A stretch of DNA of 64,000 nucleotides, from contig CAVYTA010000006.1 in assembly GCA_963771355.1 (NCBI GenBank), forward strand, positions 2,656,001 through 2,720,000, read 5' to 3'. Below, piece by piece: positions 61,898 through 64,000 of the stretch; positions within the stretch are counted from its first letter, which is position 1; the number at the start of each line of letters is the position of its first letter. The notes beneath the pieces were generated by a model. The model ran no database searches, was not told the DNA's origin, and saw only the letters and a program-made list of their open reading frames with translations. This DNA comes from an uncultured Candidatus Rokubacteria bacterium (GTDB lineage: Bacteria > Methylomirabilota > Methylomirabilia > Rokubacteriales > CSP1-6). The position numbers and the translations under genes are program-made.

Positions 61898-64000
61898 ATG
61901 GGGCGCGAGCGGGCCCTGGCCCTCGAGCCCTCGACTGATCTCACGCGGATCCAAGCGGCCCTGAGCGAAACTCGCCAGGGCCGCCGTGCTTTGGGGGAGG
62001 CGGGATCCCCTCCCTGGGAGGTCATCCCGGACGTGCGGGCCACCCTCGAGCGGACGCGCACCGCGGGGGCGGTCGTGGAGGGGCGCGAGCTGGTGGCGCT
62101 GATTCCCCTTCTCGAAGCCGCGGGCCGGCTGGCCGGCTACGGCCGCAGCATCGCGCCCGTCGCTCCCGAGCTGGGCCAGGCCCTCGGCGGCCTCCCCGCG
62201 GTGGGGCCCCTGCGTGATCTCCTCCGGCGCTCACTGGACGAGGACGGCGCCGTCCGGGACGAGGCCAGCTCCGCGCTGCGCCGGCTGCGGGGGCGGCTGC
62301 GAGAGCTGCGGCGGGCGCTGATCAAGCGGCTGGAGGCGTTCTTCCAGCACCCGGGCGCGGATACCCTCTTCCAGGAGCGCTACGTCACCGTGCGCCACGG
62401 GCGCTACGTGCTGCCGGTGCTCGCGGGCGCCAAGACGCGGCTCCGGGGCATCGTGCACGATCGCAGCCAGAGCGGGGCGACGCTCTTCGTGGAGCCGGAG
62501 TCGGTGGTCGAGGACAACAACGATCTGGTTCAGGTGGAGCGGGAGGAGGAGGCCCTGGTCCTCCAGGTGCTGGCCGCGCTCACCGACGCGGTGCACGCCG
62601 CGCTGCCCGAGCTCGAGCGTCTCGTCGACGGGCTGGGCGCGGCGGACCTCATCTTCGGCCGCGCGGAGCTGGCGGAGCGCATGGAGGCGGTGGAGCCCGT
62701 GGTGGGGGACGAGCGCGTGGTGGACGTGCGCGGCGCTCGCCACCCGCTGCTGCTGGCCCAGGGCTGGGCGCAGACCGAGGCAGAGGTCGGGACGCACGGC
62801 CCGCGATCCGTGGTCCCGGTGGATCTCTTCCTCGACGCCGAGCGTCCCCTGCTCGTCATCACGGGGCCGAACGCGGGCGGCAAGACGGTGGCGCTGAAGA
62901 CGCTGGGCCTCCTCGCGGTGATGGCGCAGGCCGGCCTCCACGTGCCCGCGCTGCCGGGCGCGCGGCTGCCGCGCTTCACCCAGCTCTTCGCCATCATCGG
63001 GGACGACCAGAGCGTGGCCGAGAACCTCTCGACCTTCTCTGCCTTCGTCAAGCAGCTTCGTGAGGTGATCGAGCACGTGGACGCGGAGTCCCTCGTGCTC
63101 CTGGACGAGCTGGGCGCGGGCACCGACCCCGACGACGGCGCCGCGCTGGCCCAGGCCGTGCTGGAGGAGCTGGGCACGCGCGGGGCCCTCTGCGCGGCCT
63201 CCACCCACCTCGAGCCGCTCAAGGGCTTCGCCGCCACCCATCCGCGGGCACGCAACGCCTCGGTGGAATTCGACGGCGACCGGCTCGAGCCCACGTTCCG
63301 GGTGGTGTACGACCGGCCGGGGCAGAGCTATGCCCTCGCCATCGGGGCGCGGCTCGGCCTGCCGCCTCGCCTGATCGAGCGCGCGCGGGCGCATCGCACC
63401 ACCCAGCAGGCCGCGCTCCAGGAGCTCATCACCCGACTGGACGCGCGCGATCGACAAGAAGCGGAGCGTGTCGCTCAACTGGAAGACCGCGAACGGGAGA
63501 GCGCGGCCCGGGTCCGGCGCGCCGAGGCGGACGCAGAGGCCGCGCGCGCCGACGCCCGCGACGCCCTGACGCGGGCGCGTGGGGACGCCCAGCGGCTGGT
63601 GGCCGACGTCCGCCGCGCCGTCAACGCGGAATGGGATACCCTCAAGCGCGGCGAGCGATCCCGGCAGGGGCTGGAGGCCTCCCGCCGTCGGCTCCTCGAG
63701 GCCGGGCAGCGGGCCGCCGCGCCGGGACCCGAGGAAGCGGCGAGCGATCCGGGGCGGGATCCGCTCCCCGGCGATCGCGTCGCCATCACCCATCTGGGGC
63801 TCAAGGGGGACGTGCTGGACGTGACCAACGGCAACGCGACGGTGCGCGCGGGCGCGGTGACGCTGAAGGTCCCGGCGCGTGCCCTCCGGGTGCTTCCGCG
63901 CGACACGGGCGAGGCCGCCGCCGCGTTCTCGGCGGCGCGCGCCGCCACCCACACCCTCGGGCAGCCGCTCAAGCGCGGGGTGGGCCCCGAGCTCCACCTC
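61898..64000 (+). CDS. mutS2: endonuclease MutS2 (runs off window; homology appears to begin near 61847)
   Basis: Read by hand: GIVHD.SQSGATLFVEP, ITGPNAGGKT, IGDDQS...LSTFS, LLDELGAGTDP, STH, GQSYA. Confidence 0.92.
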   Translation, partial: MGRERALALEPSTDLTRIQAALSETRQGRRALGEAGSPPWEVIPDVRATLERTRTAGAVVEGRELVALIPLLEAAGRLAGYGRSIAPVAPELGQALGGLPAVGPLRDLLRRSLDEDGAVRDEASSALRRLRGRLRELRRALIKRLEAFFQHPGADTLFQERYVTVRHGRYVLPVLAGAKTRLRGIVHDRSQSGATLFVEPESVVEDNNDLVQVEREEEALVLQVLAALTDAVHAALPELERLVDGLGAADLIFGRAELAERMEAVEPVVGDERVVDVRGARHPLLLAQGWAQTEAEVGTHGPRSVVPVDLFLDAERPLLVITGPNAGGKTVALKTLGLLAVMAQAGLHVPALPGARLPRFTQLFAIIGDDQSVAENLSTFSAFVKQLREVIEHVDAESLVLLDELGAGTDPDDGAALAQAVLEELGTRGALCAASTHLEPLKGFAATHPRARNASVEFDGDRLEPTFRVVYDRPGQSYALAIGARLGLPPRLIERARAHRTTQQAALQELITRLDARDRQEAERVAQLEDRERESAARVRRAEADAEAARADARDALTRARGDAQRLVADVRRAVNAEWDTLKRGERSRQGLEASRRRLLEAGQRAAAPGPEEAASDPGRDPLPGDRVAITHLGLKGDVLDVTNGNATVRAGAVTLKVPARALRVLPRDTGEAAAAFSAARAATHTLGQPLKRGVGPELHL

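Overview
GC-rich bacterial chromosomal window, mostly housekeeping genes. Composition, gene content and repeat type resemble Candidatus Rokubacteria/Methylomirabilota (inference only). From left to right it contains: an aminotransferase/D-glutamate-cyclase-like/GGT cluster; a CsoR-regulated copper operon with a clear operator; metE-like and rng; rodA-mrdA-mreDCB; ppa; two cold-shock genes; a stress/repair operon containing a probable selenoprotein; tandem KimA-like K+ transporters under a c-di-AMP riboswitch; a sigma54 activator with an isocitrate lyase; dnaB-rplI-rpsR-ssb-rpsF; groESL with CIRCE; mrfAB; an IS110 element; dppBC-rlmD; and dciA-TPR-lolB-like-ispE-tRNA-Gln-prs-rplY-pth-rpsU-mutS2 (partial). 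Five observations stand out. (1) An intact IS110 is inserted at a CT core in a palindromic repeat, and its non-coding end contains readable bridge-RNA target and donor guides plus a promoter formed only in the circular intermediate. (2) An unannotated ~330-nt transcription unit carries a 16-nt match to the 16S rRNA 3' end in front of a 13-aa ORF with a switchable anti-SD. (3) An AhpD/CMD gene has an in-frame UGA in a CxxU motif followed by a SECIS-like hairpin. (4) The two csp genes share a structured 5' leader. (5) A sigma54 promoter and enhancer link a BkdR-like activator to a Cys-rich peptide and the isocitrate lyase. All calls were made by eye; no database searches or folding programs were run.
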